NCBI GenBank assembly: GCA_963789135.1
Contig: CAWBJJ010000008.1
Location: 15,720-79,719, forward strand
Direction of reading: 5' to 3'
Origin: an uncultured Acidobacteriota bacterium
Lineage (GTDB): Bacteria; Actinomycetota; Acidimicrobiia; Spongiisociales; ZC4RG35
Length of the DNA: 64,000 nucleotides
Shown here: positions 62,557 through 64,000 of the stretch, piece by piece
How positions within the stretch are numbered: position 1 is the first letter of the stretch
Layout of the letters: each line of letters starts with the position of its first letter
Translations under genes and position numbers: made by a program
Notes under the pieces: model-generated
The model's input: the letters and a program-made list of their open reading frames with translations, nothing else
Database searches by the model: none
What the model was told of the DNA's origin: nothing

Positions 62557-62835
62557 ATGAACATCTACGTCGGAAACCTGCCGTTCAATGCGACGGCACA
62601 GGACCTCGAGAGCCTGTTCGGCGAATACGGGACCGTCGAGTCGGCGGCCATCATCAACGACCGTGAAACCGGGCGTTCGCGCGGCTTCGGGTTCGTCGAG
62701 ATGCCGAACGAGGAGGGCTCCAAGGCCATCTCGGAGCTCGACGGGCACGATTACAACGGTCGTGCTCTGAAGGTGAACGAGGCCAGGCCCCGCGAAGACG
62801 CGGCCCCCGTCGCTGAGGAGGCCCGCTCAGCCTGA
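62557..62835 (+). CDS. RRM-type RNA-binding protein
   Basis: RNP2 IYVGNL and RNP1 RGFGFVEM; 92 aa; ~150-nt 5-prime UTR. Confidence 0.8.
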   Translation: MNIYVGNLPFNATAQDLESLFGEYGTVESAAIINDRETGRSRGFGFVEMPNEEGSKAISELDGHDYNGRALKVNEARPREDAAPVAEEARSA

Positions 62836-63633
62836 GCGATCCCGGTGCTGATGCCGGCCGCCAACCGGTCGATGTGCCGGGTCATCGATGAAGAGCCTGC
62901 GACCCTCGCCATGGAGCAGGTTCGGCCCGTAAGCCGCTGACAGGTTCTCCCCTGTGAGAACCAGCTCGGGCGGTCCCGAAGCGATGACGCGGCCTGACAG
63001 GAGTACCACATGACCCGCCACCTGTGCTTCGTCCAGGTCGTGTGTGGTCATGATGACGGTGCACCCCCTGGTGGTCTCATCGTGGATCACCGCGTCGATT
63101 GCTTGCGCTGACATCAAGTCGAGTCCCGTCAGCGGCTCGTCGAGAAGGAGGACGTCGTGCTCCTGAGCAAGCCCTTGGGCCACGATCACCCGTTGGCGCT
63201 GACCTGCTGACAGTTCACCAAGGTGGCGATCGGCGACGTCAGCGACCTCCATCCGGGCCATGGCGGTTTCGACAGCTGCGCGATCGCCTGAACCCAGTCG
63301 ACGGCCGTGCGCCGCTGTGGTGTATCGGCCCATGGTGACCACCTCGCGCACTGTGATTGGCAGTGTCGGGTTGACCCTGGTGGTTTGCAGCACGTAAGCA
63401 ATCGAGCGCCGGCCGTCACGTGCACCCGGATGTTCGATGGTCCCGGATCGGGGTGCGATGAGGCCCGCGATCGCATTGAGCAGGGTCGACTTGCCGGACC
63501 CGTTTGGCCCGATCAGGGTCGTCATGCCACCCGCAGGAATGGCGAAATCGGAGTGATCGACGGCAACCTTCGATCCATAAGCGAGCACGACCTCCCGGCC
63601 GATGACGGCGGCGGTCACCGGCATTTGGAGCAC
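62827..63633 (-). CDS. znuC: metal (zinc/manganese) ABC transporter ATP-binding protein
   Basis: Walker A GPNGSGKST, signature LSAGQRQRV, Walker B LLLDEP; adjacent to Fur-family regulator. Confidence 0.8.
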   Translation of the reverse strand: MLQMPVTAAVIGREVVLAYGSKVAVDHSDFAIPAGGMTTLIGPNGSGKSTLLNAIAGLIAPRSGTIEHPGARDGRRSIAYVLQTTRVNPTLPITVREVVTMGRYTTAAHGRRLGSGDRAAVETAMARMEVADVADRHLGELSAGQRQRVIVAQGLAQEHDVLLLDEPLTGLDLMSAQAIDAVIHDETTRGCTVIMTTHDLDEAQVAGHVVLLSGRVIASGPPELVLTGENLSAAYGPNLLHGEGRRLFIDDPAHRPVGGRHQHRDRSG

Positions 63634-64000
63634 CGTCCGGCAACCTCGAGCGAATGGCTGCTTGCGGTGAACTGCGAGAGATCAGACACCCTGCCCACTA
63701 GACGCTCCAGTTCCCCCTCGAGCCCTCCGGGGAGCTCGAAGTCATCCACGACGCCGCACTCCAGGCAGATCAGGTGGTGATGGTGCCCCGCTAGCCATTC
63801 TGCGATCTCGTAGCGGGTGACGCCCTTGGTGCTGTGGTGGGGCTCGACGACCCCCGCCCCTTCGAGGACCGCCAGGGTTCGGTAGACCGATGAGACCGGG
63901 ACCATCCCGCCCAGATCTCCGTGCAATTCGGCCGCAGATCGCGGCCCTCCGGCCCGCTGCAGCTCATCCACGACCAACTTCCGCCCACTCGTGAAGCGAA
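63615..64000 (-). CDS. zur: Fur family transcriptional regulator (Zur-like), 5-prime end beyond window
   Basis: ...HHHHLICLECGVVDDF...CSKC metal-site motifs; in-frame sequence continues to window edge (RFTSGRKLVVDELQ). Confidence 0.75.
   Translation of the reverse strand, partial: RFTSGRKLVVDELQRAGGPRSAAELHGDLGGMVPVSSVYRTLAVLEGAGVVEPHHSTKGVTRYEIAEWLAGHHHHLICLECGVVDDFELPGGLEGELERLVGRVSDLSQFTASSHSLEVAGRCSKCR

Overview
The window is GC-rich, conserved backbone from a high-GC actinobacterium (Actinomycetota). It reads mostly on the minus strand, and gene order matches the well-known mycobacterial/actinobacterial neighbourhoods: (ruvA)-ruvC-yebC-pdxT-pdxS-pimA-acyltransferase-pgsA1 ... thrS; dut; nrdR-lysM/lexA-dapF-miaA-miaB-(rny)-recA-thpR-cinA-rimO; aceA-aceB/ramB; the BCKDH E1alpha-E1beta-E2 operon; ftsK ... 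rnj-dapA. RNase Y next to recA, an RRM-type RNA-binding protein and an archaeal-type GAPDH suggest a non-mycobacterial, deeper-branching actinobacterial class; this is a guess. There are four tRNAs: Val-CAC, and a Val-GAC/Cys-GCA/Gly-GCC cluster. I saw no rRNA, no CRISPR array and no recognisable transposase or integrase. Three things stand out.

1. A six-gene co-directional block of about 7.8 kb sits between rnj and ftsK. It encodes a 12-TM membrane protein; a SARM1-like TIR domain protein (catalytic Glu conserved) with a TM helix, cadherin/Ig-like region and TPR repeats; a lipoprotein; a DUF676/PGAP1-like alpha/beta-hydrolase; a TPR plus trypsin-like protease; and a small LOG/SLOG-like Rossmann protein. 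I read it as a candidate TIR-signalling conflict/defence (Thoeris-like) system that has not been described.

2. Many otherwise conserved genes carry single +1/-1 frameshifts with no premature stop codons (pimA, patatin, cinA, S10 peptidase, CMD protein, BCKDH E2 three times, the PLDc_N-SHOCT gene twice, the TIR protein, the 12-TM protein, possibly the Pro-rich membrane protein). This looks more like indel sequencing or assembly error than real decay.

3. The 5-prime edge of the window is an abrupt junction: a histidine-kinase 3-prime fragment meets a truncated ruvA at a 12-bp microhomology.

I also noted four phased LexA (SOS) boxes between lysM and lexA, an SOS box upstream of recA, and a candidate RamB operator between aceB and ramB.
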